Notes: generated by a model not told the origin, from the sequence alone. A stretch of 64,000 nt of DNA from Selaginella moellendorffii (GCF_000143415.4 NW_003314404.1:1-64000); one strand, 5' to 3'; numbered from the stretch's first letter, positions 50,446 through 64,000 are shown. A program made the numbers and translations.

Positions 50446-52086
50446 ATGCAAGCGGAGGCGTCGGCGCCGAGGACCACAACAGATGCAAGGCTCCAGGCGG
50501 GATCGACGACGACGGCGGGGAGAATGGCGGGGGTAGGGCAGCGAGTTCTCGCACGGGCCGGCGTGGGCGATGGCGGCAGCAGCAGCAGCATCGCCCCCGA
50601 GGAGCCCGTGGAGCAGACAATGCGCGAGGTCGTGCGGCCATCGCAGATTGGCACCGCGTCGCAGCTCATCTCTGGTGGCGTCGCGGGCGCGGTGAGCAAG
50701 ACGTGCACAGCTCCGCTCGCTCGCCTCACGATTTTGTTCCAGGTATTTTTCTCTTTTTTTTTCTTGGTTTCTCACGCCACGAATCATCCAGGTGCAAGGC
50801 ATGCGAACGAACCATGCCTTGGAGCAAGCAAGCATGCTGCGCGAGGCGTCGCGGATTTTTAGAGAGGAGGGGTTTAGAGCGTTTTGGAAGGGCAACGGGG
50901 TGACGGTCGTGCATCGCCTCCCCTACTCGGCTATCAATTTTTTCTCCTACGAGAACTACAAGCTTGTAAGTCTGCCATCCCCTCGGAGGTTTATCCATTT
51001 TTCTCGTACTTGCTGCTAGACCAAAGGAGAAGATTAACGCTCCAAAATTTCCAGTTTCTCACGAGGATGTCTGGAGCAGAAAACCGTCCGGAGAGCTTGG
51101 GCGTTGGGATGGGGACGAGGCTCTTGGCTGGCGGCGGGGCGGGGTTAACCGCGGCGTCTCTCACGTATCCCCTGGATCTTGTGAGGACGCGCTTGGCAGC
51201 ACAGGTAAGCGAGATCTTCCTCTCAAAACCATCGTTTTGTAACTTAGTTTCATTCCTTTTCTTCATTGCTGCCTGCTAGAAGAGACGTTCTAGTGTTGTA
51301 AAGTTGAAAGGCATCACCTTTAGCTGGAATGAGAGTTCCTGAATATCTGTGATACACTCATTGGCAGGTGGAATGACCTGTTATTTCGGAAATGGCTGCA
51401 GACAAAAGTAATGTACTACCGCGGCATCGTCCATGCCCTTGTAACTATATCACAAGAGGAGGGCTTCAAGGGTCTCTACAAGGGGATTGGTCCCACGCTA
51501 CTGGTGAGCCACTTAAGAGTTTTCTTATTACTTTCTCTCGATCTCTGTACTAAGAACAAACTCTTTTTTCTCGTTACAGTGCGTAGGACCAAACATCGCC
51601 ATCAATTTCTGCGCGTATGAAACACTGAAGAGCATCTGGGTGGCACAGAGGTAGTGTTGGTTTTCTTCTATTATAGTTCCTGACAAAAAGAACAAATCTA
51701 TGGATGCAGTCCCAACTCGCCCAACATAATCACGAGCTTGTGTTGCGGGAGCGTCGCCGGGATTTGCTCGAGCACAGGTATGTTACAGACTGAAATGGAA
51801 GTTAAAAACAACACTTGGTATTTTTCTTCGCCTTTTTCTTTTTGCAGCAACGTTTCCTCTTGATCTGATTCGAAGAAGAATGCAGCTGGAAGGCGCGGCC
51901 GGCCAGGCTCGCGTGTACAAGTCGGGCCTGATGGGGACGCTCAAGCACATACTCCGTAGCGAGGGGCTGCGGGGCCTGTATAGGGGGATCATGCCAGAGT
52001 ATTTCAAAGTCATACCGAGCGTGGGGATCGTTTTCATGACGTACGAGTTCATGAAGAGGGTCCTCCAGCCCAAGCCATGCGATTGA
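50446..52086 (+). CDS. Mitochondrial carrier family (SLC25) protein, adenine-nucleotide/CoA carrier-like, multi-exon
   Basis: Three carrier repeats (TAPLARLTILFQ, TYPLDLVRTRL, TFPLDLIRRRMQ) with EG..G.YKG/YRG motifs. The start codon is uncertain (50446 or 50524). Confidence 0.92.
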
Positions 52087-52817
52087 TCGATCAGCTCTTT
52101 CGCTCGTTCCACTCTGGTGAAAGGAAAAAAAGAGCCTTGTCCCCGCTGACTGGTGAAGTCACTGGCCGGTGGAAGATTTTTGTGCAATCGTTTTTGATAT
52201 TATACAGGATGTAGGTACGCTTCTTGAGAGACGCAAGGTCCTGTAAAGAAAAGATGGTGATGACAAGAATATTATAGAGGACTAGCGAATGAGCCTACCT
52301 TTATTCCCTGTGTCCGGCGAAGAGAGCGACCCTCTTCTCTCTTTTTGCTTCTTTTTGGTTCTTAGTTGCGCTGAACTCTCACCATCTTTGTGCCGCGAAC
52401 AGCCTTGGCATGGTTGTCAATCTCGATTAAACGCTGTTGAGTCGGTTTCTTTTTATGTCGCCTCGTTGTACAAAGAGGAAAAGGTGAGCCGCACGCTTTG
52501 TGTGGTGTGAACGCCAAGCGCATGAGCTGCAAAAATGTGTTAGAAGTTGCTAAGAGCGCCACAGAAATCGAGATTAAGTGACGCACCACCTTCTCTGGTT
52601 TGTTGTGGATCCTTGCGGAACGAACCAAATCCAGGAAAACGGAATGCGGCAGCGGCACAAACGGGAGCACGAGCAGGGGCAGAAGCAGCAGCAGGAGCAG
52701 AAGCATCTTTACCCTGTACTGCATCGACGGAGTCAAATAATAGAACTATGTGAGGAAGAAGGAAGGAAAAGAAAACCAAGACAAGAAACGCTTACTTCGC
52801 TCTGAGGAAGGAAGAGG

Positions 52818-55521
52818 ATGATGGAAAGCGCGAGCAGCAGCAGCAACAGCAGCACCGTAGCAGCGGAGATGGCTGGCCTCTCCTCCAAGTTCCACCTGTA
52901 CGAGAACCCGGAGTTTGATCGAGCGGAAGTTGACTCGTCTCAGCAGCACCGAGTCGCGTGTTTCGAATCCATCCCTGAGAGAAATACCATCGGCAGCTCC
53001 AGGGCCGCTCAGCTTAGATCACTCGCGCCACCTTCCTTTGGAGCTCCTGGAGAAGATGCGGCGTCCGAGGACGACACAGCCAGCCAGCACGCGAAGCTCA
53101 ACACGGAGGTCGAAGCACCTGTCCGAGTCTTCTTGAAGGTAAATCCACGTTCCACTTGCTCATTGTCATTCTTCTAAACCACTATCGCTCTTCGCAGTTC
53201 CAAAATGTGGAATATAAAGTCCTGCTTCCCGCTCCATCTCAGTCCCCCGGCGGTAAAACCAGCAGCAACGGTCACCACAAATATATCCTGCATGGAATCA
53301 CCGGCTCTGTCGCTCCAGGAGAAATCCTGGCCATGATGGGACCGTCCGGCAGCGGGAAGACCACCTTGCTGAAGATTCTAGGCGGTCGCTTGCTCAGAGA
53401 TGTGTCCGGGAGTGTCACCTTTAATGATGTTCCATACGGTTCCTTCATGAAGAAGAGGTTGGCTCGCGAGTTTTCTTTCTTTCCCACTGAGAACGTCGAC
53501 GGTTTTGCACAGAATTGGCTTCGTCGCGCAGGAGGACATCCTCTTCCCATACCTCACAGTCCAGGAATGTCTCGAGTTCACTGCCTTGTTGCGTCTTCCA
53601 AACACGATGACCCGCTCGCAGAAGATGTCCAAAGCTGATAGAGTTCTCAAAGATCTTGGCTTGGAAAGGTGCGTGCTACTCCTGTATTTGAAGCTGACTA
53701 GTGCGCTTTGGAAAGGTGCCGGCACACCATCATAGGAGGTCCATTCATTCCTGGAGTATCTGGGGGCGAAAGAAAGAGGACCAGTATAGGATCGGAAATA
53801 CTGATTGATCCATCATTGCTGCTTTTGGACGAGCCAACATCAGGACTGGATTCTGCCACAGCTTTGAAAATCCTGCAAGTTGTTGGGAACATAGCACAAG
53901 TAAGTTCCTTCGCTATTATGATCAGAAGATCTAAAGTTTTACTTGTTCTAAAGGCAGGAAGAACAATCCTTACCACGATCCACCAGCCATCGAGCAGGCT
54001 GTTTCACATGTTTGACAAGCTGATATTGATATCTGAGGGCCACACTATTTACTCGGGTCCTGCCAGGGAAGTGATGAGTTACTTTTCTTCGCTGCACTTT
54101 GTACCAGAGATAACTATGAACCCGGCGGATTTCCTGTTGGATTTGGCTGTAGGAGTGGTGCATGATATCAGCATCCCCGAAGATATAACTAACCGCAGTC
54201 CAGAGGAGGAAAAGCTAGATAATGCTGGTGCAAGAGTGATCAACGTCTTGGACTCGGAGATATTCTGCCACACCGTAGCTCCAACGTATCAGCACGCAAC
54301 ATCGATCCCAAGACATCCCGAAGACAGTCAGCGAATTATTGTCCAGGTAAGTTCTCTGCTTCTCATGTACGCTGATGGACCGACATGTTTCCTGCAAAAG
54401 CACAGCACCTAAGAATGAAATACAAAACAGAACTGGAGCCAAAGGAGAAGCAGAAGATATGTACCTTGAAGGTTTCGAACAATCTCAAGGAGATGATCCA
54501 AGCCAAACACGACTTCTCATCATCCTGGCCACTTCAGTTTAAAGTGCTGTTTAAAAGAACATTCAAGGAGCGAGCTAGAGATTACTTCGACTACATCCGC
54601 TTCATTCAAGTCATTGGAGTATCCATAGTTCTCGGCTTGCTGTGGTGGCAATCAAAGCTCGATACCGAAATCGACGTTCGAGACCAGGTATATAGGCAGA
54701 AAGTTGCTCGTCCAGAACTGATTTCCCGTTTCTTTCCCTGCTGCCTGTCAGGCCGGACTTATATTCTATATCGCCATCTTCTGGTCCACTTCCGGGCTCT
54801 TCAGCTCGGTATCCACGTTCCCTCTGGAGAGACCCTTTCTTATCAAAGAGCTCGGGGCGGACATGTACAGCTTAAGCGCCTTCTACGCAAGCAGCACCAT
54901 TTCGGACATCATAGCAGAGATTATATATCCCACCATCTTCGTCATAATAGTGTACTTCATGACAGGCCTTCATCGCAGCCTAGAGAGTTTTATGCTCACG
55001 CTGCTGTCCACTTACTTGTTAACGGTTGCATCCCAGGTGAGCTTCTCGTGCGTGTTATCATAGCTTCCACGTTTTTTTTTTTTTTGTCAATAGGGAGCCG
55101 GTGATCTCTTGGGAGCTGCTGTAATGGACGTCAAGAAATCTGGAACTGTTGCATCTTTAGTGCTGCTTCTTTTCCTGCTCGTTGGAGGCTACTACGTTCA
55201 GGTAAGTCCATTTAAATTTTGCGTTGACAGCGTCTAGAACCTGCTGTTGCTCACCAGCACATGCCCGTGTTCATGAAGTGGATTAAATACGTCTCCTTCA
55301 TTTTCTATGGGTACCGGCTCCTTTTAAAAACCCAGTATTCACCAGAGCAGAAGTATGACTGCAAGGACGCCAGAGGTTGTCAAAGACTTGGAACTTCCTC
55401 GGCCTTTTATGGAGTAGATCTGAACGGAGGTGTCAAAGAGGCTTGTATCCTCATCGCAATGGCCATACTGTATCGAGTGTCTGCATATATGTTTCTCCGG
55501 CGGATAAGAACCAGTTTTTGA
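52818..55521 (+). CDS. ABCG26: ABCG half-transporter, ABCG26-like
   Basis: Walker A GPSGSGKT, signature [28 protein letters not shown]. The C-terminal [21 protein letters not shown]...C....GC resembles ABCG26. Orthology is inferred from recall, not from a search. Confidence 0.85.
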
Positions 55522-55626
55522 TAGAGATATAAACTTTATATAAGCGTATGTACAAACCGGATCTTGCGTGTGAGCTGTAAAAAAAACCATACTGATAAAA
55601 TAAGTAAACCTTGAAAGGATATGTAG

Positions 55627-56971
55627 TTAGGCGCTTTGTTTCAGGGCGCCAGTTTGAAGTGACGAAGTACTTTCAAAGATCTTGTCAGCATTGCCAACCT
55701 CAAAGCCGTCCCTCCTATGCCATTCTTTGAGCTGTCCAAACAGCTATCAATGTCAGGAAAAGCGAAAAGATGGAGTACCTGATCGGGCCCGAGATTTTGA
55801 AAAGCAGGCAGCACAAGGCGCTGTGCAAACTCGATATAGGAGGCAGGAGTCTCAATCTCGCCATCAGAGAAAGTACAAGGAACCAAATCAGCCACCGTCG
55901 AGCTTTGAAGCAAGCCCCTATCAGGACTAACTGGAGGATTCACAGAGAAATACATTTATAGACAGCCTGACTAGAAACTGCATGCGCAACGTACCCTTGA
56001 GAATTCCTCCATCTTTGTTTAGTTTTATACCGTTGCTTTGGAGGAACTCGTTTAGCTTGTTTATATCCTTCAGCTCGGAGTTTAAGCGATGCACGGAGAT
56101 TGTAAGATGGTTCAGAGCATATCCGTTGGCAAGAGTCCAGGCAGCATACTCGCTCTCCCTGCAACAAAGTATCAGCTAGTATAAAACATTCGATTAGAAA
56201 AATTCTGTACCGTGCAAGACGTTCGTAGTCCGCCACTGATGGATTTTCCCAAGGCAGGCAATCTAGCACGCTAGTTAATGGAGCATGTTTCGACAGAGCT
56301 CTCGCACGGCCTGTGTATGTTTTGATGACTTCCTGCGTTGAAAAATTCAACCAACCGCATCAAAAACTTTCTTGTTTACCTGCGACTCGGAGCTGAGTTG
56401 ATTCACTAGAAGCTCGGAAATAAAAATCCGTGGCAATGCGCCATCAACACCGTCTCCTTCAATGTCAAGAAAATCCAGAGGTGGTGCATACCAGAATGCT
56501 CGTAGCGTCTTCGCTGGAAAACGAAGCTCGTCACGGCATTCATAGCCGAGATCGAGGAAGAGCTGAGCAATAGAGTCGATTCCAAATCCATCCACCTTGG
56601 AGACAAACACCAAAATGCCAGACAAAAATGAAAGGATTTTTCACGAATGGGCGAGAGTTTTACCCCAAACGTCCGGAATGCGAAATGATCGAACTTCACA
56701 GCTCCCCCGGAATTCGATCGAACCAGCTCCAGCGCCGACGAAGCAGTGACATTCTTCTTCAGGTATGGCGTGACCAGGGAGCGAAGAAATTTCCGAGCTA
56801 TAGGCGGCATCGTCACGCTGGAGATCAAACAAACCTAGAAGCTCGATCAAGAGCGCGATTCAGCGTCGCTTGCCTGGTAGAAGAGGAGCAGACGATCGAT
56901 GATCTTGCCTTGGATCGAAGTGCCACTGGATCTCCAGCTCCGGCTCGAAATATTTGCGACGAGGACGCCAT
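55627..56971 (-). CDS. DUF1338 protein: 2-oxoadipate dioxygenase/decarboxylase (HglS/FLO7-like), multi-exon
   Basis: FDHFAFRTFG, PRIFISELLV, SYIEFAQRLVLP, RRDGFEVGNADKIFEST. N-terminal transit-like peptide, with a GC-AG first intron at 56818-56873. Confidence 0.85.
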
Positions 56972-57164
56972 CGCTAACTAGCGTGTCCTTGGGGTTCTAT
57001 CACCACCGTTAGATGACATTTTTAATTCTAGCCGTCGATTCCTAGGCTAGGGTTCTTCGAAACGAGAAATCGATCGAGCTTTGCGCGGTGGATCCTCTCC
57101 TCCCAGTAAGCAATCTCTAGGTCTAGCAGCAGGAGCAGCGGTAGCAGCGGCAGGCGGTAGGGCG

Positions 57165-58112
57165 ATGACGATCTTGTACGCGCTCGTCGCTAGAGGATCG
57201 GTCGTGCTCGCCGAGTTTAGTGCTGTCACAGGGAATGCTACCACCATCGCCCGGCGGATTATCGAGAAGCTGCCGGCTTCCAGCGATAGCCGCCTCTCCT
57301 ATTCGCAGGATCGCCACATTTTCCACATCATGAAGGCCGATGGTCTCACTTTTCTTTGCATGGCAACAGATACGTTTGGAAGTGAGTGAGTGAAGATTTT
57401 TTCTTCCTTTCTTTTGGAGCTCTATAGTTTTCTAGTCTCACACACTTGTTCTTTCTTTTCTTTTTTGTCGATCAGGACGAATTCCTTTCGCTTATCTGGA
57501 AGACATTCACATGAGATTTATCAAGACATATGGACGAGTTGCTCGCACCGCTCTGGCATACTCGATGAACGACGAGTTTTCTAGAGTTTTGCACCAGCAG
57601 ATGGAATACTTTTCCAATAACCCCGAGGCGGACACGATCAGTCGGGTCAAAGGCGATCTAAACGAGGTAGGCATGAGAGGAGAAAAAAAAAGAAGAAACT
57701 ATCCATTCTTTGTTTGGTTCTTCTCACACTGGCTGTCGCTCGCGGTGTTCCAGGTCCGATCAGTTATGGTCGAAAACATTGACAAAGTCTTGGAACGAGG
57801 TGACAGAATAGAGCTCCTGGTGGACAAGACATCCACGATGCAAGATAATAGTTTCCGCTTCAAAAAACAATCCCGTCGCCTTCAGCAGGCAATGTGGATG
57901 AAAAACGCCAAACTCTTGTGAGTTATACCCATAGCTCTCGCTCTCGGTCCGATGATCATCGCATCTCTTTTTTCTAGCTTTGAGCATATATAACACTGAC
58001 GTTCCTCTTTTGTCTTTGCAGGGCTTGCATGACGTGCCTCATCGTCTTCTTGCTCTACATTGTCATCGCAATGTTCTGCGGCGGCCTTGGCTTATCATCC
58101 TGTCGCAAATGA
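57165..58112 (+). CDS. VAMP71: Longin R-SNARE, VAMP71 family
   Basis: MTILYALVARGSVVLAEF longin start, SNARE motif ENIDKVLERGDRIELLVDKT, C-terminal TM ending FCGGLGLSSCRK. Confidence 0.93.
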
Positions 58113-61100
58113 GAGGATCCTTGCCTCCTCGTCGGATTCATCGTCGCAGCACCAAACCGAAAGTTTTTTTTTTCTCTCTCTCTTCTCTAAGGTTCGCCAC
58201 TGCTCAAAGCTTGAAGTGTTTGTAGATATATCGTGTGGATTTTCCTTCCCCCTTTCGTTTGTTTTTGCTCATGATCGTAGGCTAGGGACGTGCACAGTGC
58301 AAATGCTTTTACAAGGCGACACCTCTTTTCTTCGCCATCCCGGCTTTGTTGTTTTCCTTCTCCTTTTTCCTTTCGTTCGTCTGGGAATCTCTGGGAATCA
58401 AGGCTGCCCGCGCTGCCCGCGGAGGAAAGCCGAGAGTTGCCAGGCCGGACACAACTTTTGTGGGGACACGAACGAACGAACTAACGCGCATTCAACAAAC
58501 GAGCGCTCCAAGTGGTGGTCGCGAGATCGATTCCCTCTCTCCATACTTAAATAATTGGGTGGCATCGATTCCACAAATGCATAGCTCGATTCGATGATTA
58601 TATTGTTTTAAGTGTGGTGGCCTCCACGCGCTTAACAAAACCGACCAAACTTTCCCAACCACAGCCCCTCGAAATTCTCCACGAAATCCTCTCTTTTGCG
58701 AGAGTCTTTCCATTCATCCTCATCTTGTGATTAGCGCGCTTGGTAATATGCTTGGTAATGGGAGCAGCATTACGAGATCTCTCTCAAAGTGGTGGCCATG
58801 GCTTCCACGCACGCAAATTATTGAGCATTCAGTGGGCTTGTGATTCTTATAAAAACTTTGGGAACTTTCTCGTTTGTTTATATGCGATTCGTCCAGAGAT
58901 GATGGAATCGCCGACGTCGCTTTCCAAGGGGAGGGGCTGTTCCTTCTTGTAGATGCAACTTTCTAGATGGTAAGCTTGTAGCATCAATTGGAAGGAATTG
59001 GAGGAGTTTGCAAAAAGGAAGTTCTAGAGTTCCTATATATATTTCTCAAGAGGGGTCCCTCTCCTAGTCCAGTGCTCACAGGGATGATGATCATCATGCA
59101 CCGCCCAGAATCATTCCCATTCGTTTCATATAATTTTCTTAGTTTTTCTCCCCGGCTCAACGTGAATGGGGTGATCCACGAGAAGGGCTCATCATCAAAT
59201 CATAGATAATCACACTTGCAAATGATATTTAAAGAATGCTGATGCTAGAAAAGCTTTCTTGTGTGTGCGCGCGCTAAACTGCTGTTTGATGCTGGTTTTC
59301 GAGGCATGCGATCAAAGCACTCACTCATTTGGACGAGCCTCTATTGAGATTCCCTCCGGATACCTTGGATAGACTTTTCTTTGACTCCAGTTCCACTAAG
59401 TGACATGTATATATGCTTGCTCGTCTCGGTATCGCGACATGACACAGTTCCCAGGACGGTGACTAAAGTCGTATTGTAAGTGAAAGCTTACCACCCTGAG
59501 CAATCTTGAAATCACATGTCTGTGAGATAGTCAAAGCCTCCACCACCTTTCTTTTTTACTTTTTCTTACTTTTTTTCCTTTCTTTTTGAGATCAACTTCT
59601 GGTGATCCTTCGACATCTCACATCAGCACACGGAAGGGCTTGTGGTCAATCCACCCTCTACAGATACAAACACACTGCCGATTGTTAACCTGGAGTTCAT
59701 GTGTTTGTCCAAGCCCCATTTGAAAAAAACCCGGAAAAAAAGTTGACAAAACATTATTTTAAAAGAGATCAGATGTGCATGAACTTCTTTGTTCTTGGAG
59801 GGTGTTCGCCTTGTCAAGAGACCTTTCAATGTGTGTGTGGGGATCAAAAAGTTGGGGGGCTTGATGCCGACGGGGATTGATTGCAACCTCACTTGTCGCT
59901 ATCAATCACAAACAACCCCTTTGGACACCAAGATTGATTTTTAGTTCGAGTTCTTTAGCAACACACAAAATCTCCCCCGCGGAATTTGCATCTCAACCAC
60001 AAGAAAGGGATGAAAGAAGGGGAGAGGAAGTCGCGCTCAAATATTGTTCAAGATACTTTTTTGAAAAAAGAAAATCAATAAATAAATAAATAAATAGAAT
60101 GGAAGAAGAAGTCAAAAGAGATGGAAGATCGAAGGTACAAGCTTTGGTGAGGAAAAAATAAAGAGCTAAGCTACTACAACACCTCCCCGGCCAGAAAAGA
60201 GAAAAAAACATCAATTTTTTCCAAGGGAAATCAATGCAACCCAGTGGACAAAGTGTGCACGCAACTCCGAAGGCAAGATCAAACCGATCAACCCAAATTA
60301 GCACTCGAAGAACCAATTAAACCCCGGAAGTATACAAGGGGGTGGGCTCACAAACTAGAAGTGCAGTACGAAGCCCAGAGCAAGGATCATCCGAGGGAGC
60401 AAATTCCATCCTTTCATTCAAGGCGTTTGTAAACTCGAAAAGAAGAAAGCACTCTGTATGATTGGGGCATTTTTCTGATTGAAGGGAGAGGAAGTTCTTT
60501 CTCCCTTCGAGTTGTCCCCACAGATAAGGAAAAAAGGTGGCGGCGAAAACAAAGAGCCCCACGGAAAAGTATGCGCATAGGTTAAGACCATGCAAGAGCG
60601 AGAATGTTCTCCTCTTTACAAACCCAATGTTATTAGGCGCTAAACTCTGCCTTTAGTGGGGAAAGGAAATACACGGACTTCTAAGATGATCCCTTGGTGG
60701 CGTTTCAAAATACACATATTTTTTAAAGGAAAAAGCAATTTGGATCTGGCACGGGAGTTTCCAAGACCGAGGCCAAGCGTAGCTCTACGCCCCTGTGTAC
60801 GTATGCGCAAGTTGTGAATCAGTAAAAGTTCTGGCTGGCGCGCGCCCGGCTTTCGAGGTATATTACTTGTGTGTTTTACATGAAAAATAAATGGTCTAGA
60901 GGTGGTGGTCCCAAATTGGCTTAATGAGTTTGGTGTGGACAATTGGGCCCGTCACATCACAGACCGAGAGGGCGGGCCACCACCGGCTTTTTTGCATTGG
61001 CTTGGGCCACTGGCCGCTGGAAAAATGGGGCACGGACGGCCCACAAGCAACACGCGTGTCCGTACGGTCGTGGAAGCCTTTGCGTGGAAGCTCAAACATC

Positions 61101-62929
61101 CATGGAGCATCCAGGTTTATTCCCCGGATCTTTCCATGGCTGCTCCAGCTTTCCAAGACAGCATTTGGGCAGCTGGACGGACCGGATTGCCCCACGCGTC
61201 CCCTGTTGGCTGGTTCGATTGCCAAGAAGAGAAGCTTCGCCAATTGGAAACGTGCGTGACTGATTTTGATGTGATATACCATATACCTGTATGCGTGGAG
61301 TGAACTCACTTGGCATTTGGTGTTTGTCATGGATCGACTTTCTCGTTGAGTCGTCAATCAATTCCATATTGTGAAGGGAAAAATCTTGCGATTCGATCGC
61401 TGTCAGTTCCAATCACGAGGATTTTTTGGCTTAAGGGAGGAGAGGCTTATAATGTCCGTGTCCGCCACCTTTTGTAGCTCGTGCTTTTGTTTGTTTCTTG
61501 GCTGTGGCGATGGAGCTAGCTCTATAGAGATTTGTGGGTTTTGATGTTGAGACCTCCTCCTCGCAGATACTCTTGAGGTTGAGAGAAACGTTTTTAACTA
61601 CGAAGTGGTCGTTCCTTGGGCAAAAAGAATATCACGCTGCTGCACTTGTCTCTTGGAGGACAAGTCCCATCCCGCCTTTCTTTTTCTCGTTTTATGATTC
61701 CTCCTCCAAGCAAAAGTTTCCCTTTGTTCTTCGGTTTTTCTTTCCTCGTGGGATCAACTTGGAGGAGCCAAAAATCTCTGCGTACTTTGTATGCATTGCT
61801 GCTGCTGCAATATGCAAAGGACTTTTTTTCCCTTGCAAAGCTTGCTCTAGATTAAAAAAAAAAGTTCTTTTGTCTGTGATGGATAAGGAACGCTATCGCT
61901 GCTGCTGTTGCTGAGCGAGCACTCTATGTTGGTGCACGAGGGGAGATCCAAGTTGCCGGTGCATGTACAAGCCGATTGAAAAGCGTTATGGCGAACAAAC
62001 CAACGAACGATTTGGACGATTTGGACATGGTTGGAGTGATTGGACAATTTTCCCCCTCTTGTTTTTGTGGGATCGTGTAAAGGAAGAAGGAGAAGCCTTT
62101 GATCCGTGAGGGTGACCGACTATCTGAGACAGCAATCTCGGCTGATTGATTGGATTGATTGCTGATTGATGGTGGCGAAGCCAAGCCCATGGAGTGGAAA
62201 ATGGATGGATTGGATGGAAATGGTGGTGCCGGTGGTGGTGGTGGTCTCAAGGAGAGAAAGTCGAGGCAGCTTTCAGCTTTGTTCTTCCTGCCTGATCACG
62301 CGAATGATAACTTCTGGCTCTTTTTGTCGCTGCGTTTGCTTTCCTTCTTTCCATGGATCTTTTTTCTATAGTCCATTATTCCCTTTCAACTTGCGTTGAT
62401 GTTCCAAGGAGAACTGAAAAAACATAAGAACTGCGATGGCGATTGGCTTGGCAGTGAGGGGAAGTAGAAAAAAGGCACCATGTGTCGGGTCGGGTAGCAA
62501 ATGCCCACAATTTTAATTTTGCATCTCTCGGATGGGACGGGAGGATCTCCCTTGGGAAGCAGAGCATCCGCAAGAGCCCTAAATAGTTTACAAAAAAGTG
62601 GCGCCAGTGGCCATCGAACAAATTAAAGGAACTGACTCATGGCGTCGCTGTCTGATCGGAGAGCTTTTGGGCGCTCAGTTCCAGCGAGCGAGCCTGGGCC
62701 GATTGAAACCCGGGTTTGGGATAGTTTGTTTGATCAGATCATATGATGATCCTCTCGCTGTTCATCCCCTGTTTTGTTCGTGGCGGAATTGAATCAATGT
62801 CTTCGCCGCTTTTGTCTGCTGTTGGCTGGGAAGGAAGAAGAAAATGAGTGAGAGGAAAAGGAACCTCTGTTTTGGTGGGCACGCATCTGGAACAAAAGTG
62901 ATTGACGAGGTGGCTTTGTCAATGTAAGC

Positions 62930-62930
<1 letters not shown>

Positions 62931-62963
<33 letters not shown>
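62931..62963. repeat. (CT)n microsatellite
   Basis: Perfect CT run. Confidence 0.9.
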
Positions 62964-62966
<3 letters not shown>

Positions 62967-64000
62967 CGCGCGCTCTCTCTCCTCTGCCACATCGCACTTG
63001 CATTGAGTATAGACGGGGACGGATCCTCCTAATCTCCTTTTCTTTTCTCGAAAGTTTCTTTCGCTCTGGCTCGCGCTGCTTGCCGGCTGGCTTGCTGTCG
63101 AGCCTGTGTTCGCTGCCAGAAGCATATACAGCAGCCTTGGACGGATCCACCTCCACGCACACACTTCACTTCCGCCGCCCCGAAATTCAATCAAGCTCCC
63201 ACCCGGCCAAGAGCCGATGGATGGATCCATCACCCATCCATCACCACCCCGCCCAGGATCGCCCAAAAACAATCTGAGCCAGCCCAACACAAAGTCAGCA
63301 GTAGCCAGCAGCGGCCCAGGCACACATCTGCAAAGCACACACAGGCCTTGATAGCGAAAGATTGATACCTCCCAAATATTATATACAGAAACCTCTTTCG
63401 ACTGAAGGAAGAGTTAAATTCTCGTCTCGATCTCGCCAGGAAGATGAGGAGGGCCTCCATATCTCTTGCAAACAAGGACGAGCGGGCTTTAAAGCTTGGG
63501 TACAAATCTGGGGCAAGATCATCAGGAGCACTAGAAATACGATCTCCAATTTGTGTCACAAGCTTGCTAGCAGTGAGCGCAGAGCTGGCTGGCTGCATGG
63601 GCTGCTGGAAGCATCAAAGTATCCCTCCAATCCAAATTTTGGCACGCTTTGATCCCCCTCTACTTTGCTGCAGTGTACTTTAAAGGGGATTACATTCTCC
63701 AAGAACCGCATTAGTCTTAATCTTTTTTTCCATTAGCCAGCTTATCCCACCACCTTTTTGGGGCGCTGTTTATCTCGTGGAAGATACCACCGGATAAGAC
63801 AACGTTCGTACGGTCTTGAACAGATTGGCGCCACGCGTCCTCTGGTCAACCCAGTGTATACTGGATGATTGGGAGCGTTGGATACGCGGATCGGACGGTC
63901 AAAATGGGCCATCCCCGCGTACGGCATCTCCGTACGGGCGCGCCTGCGGGCATTTGCTGCCCGCCGTCTGTAAGGGCATTTTTTTTATTCGTGTTCTGGC

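Noticed and set aside
60896-61412. Overlapping 100-150 aa ORFs
   Set aside because: No domain motifs or splice structure. Expected in a GC-rich patch.
62920-62950. GCTCACTCTCTCT resembling miR156/529 star
   Set aside because: No complementary arm found nearby, and it is explained by the CT microsatellite.

Overview
Eukaryotic land-plant DNA. The 47-60 nt introns and very short intergenic gaps suggest a lycophyte such as Selaginella (inference). The window has four zones. (1) 0.8-6.5 kb: a multi-exon, probably TE-borne (pseudo)gene joining a degenerate amino-methyltransferase-like fold, an acidic linker and an FCP1/NIF-like HAD domain, carrying about 10 copies of a 22-bp palindrome ATGGCRTG-N6-CAYGCCAT. 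(2) 6.6-48 kb: nested Ty3/gypsy debris, dominated by a young 16.2-kb head-to-tail chromovirus array (4 shared LTRs, 3 internal units, one ATGGT target-site duplication). Each unit lacks RNase H and the integrase core, has a mutated PBS and a hairpin-rich 3' region, and carries short sense-strand intron candidates. One intron splits the integrase GPY/F motif. Another sits at the gag-pol junction, where splicing would give a Gag-only product. (3) 49-58 kb: dense host genes (methylesterase, tRNA-Leu(AAG), mitochondrial carrier, ABCG26-like, DUF1338/HGLS, VAMP71). (4) 58-64 kb: no recognisable coding sequence. The best candidates for new biology are the intron-bearing tandem chromovirus and the palindrome-studded MTase-like/HAD locus.
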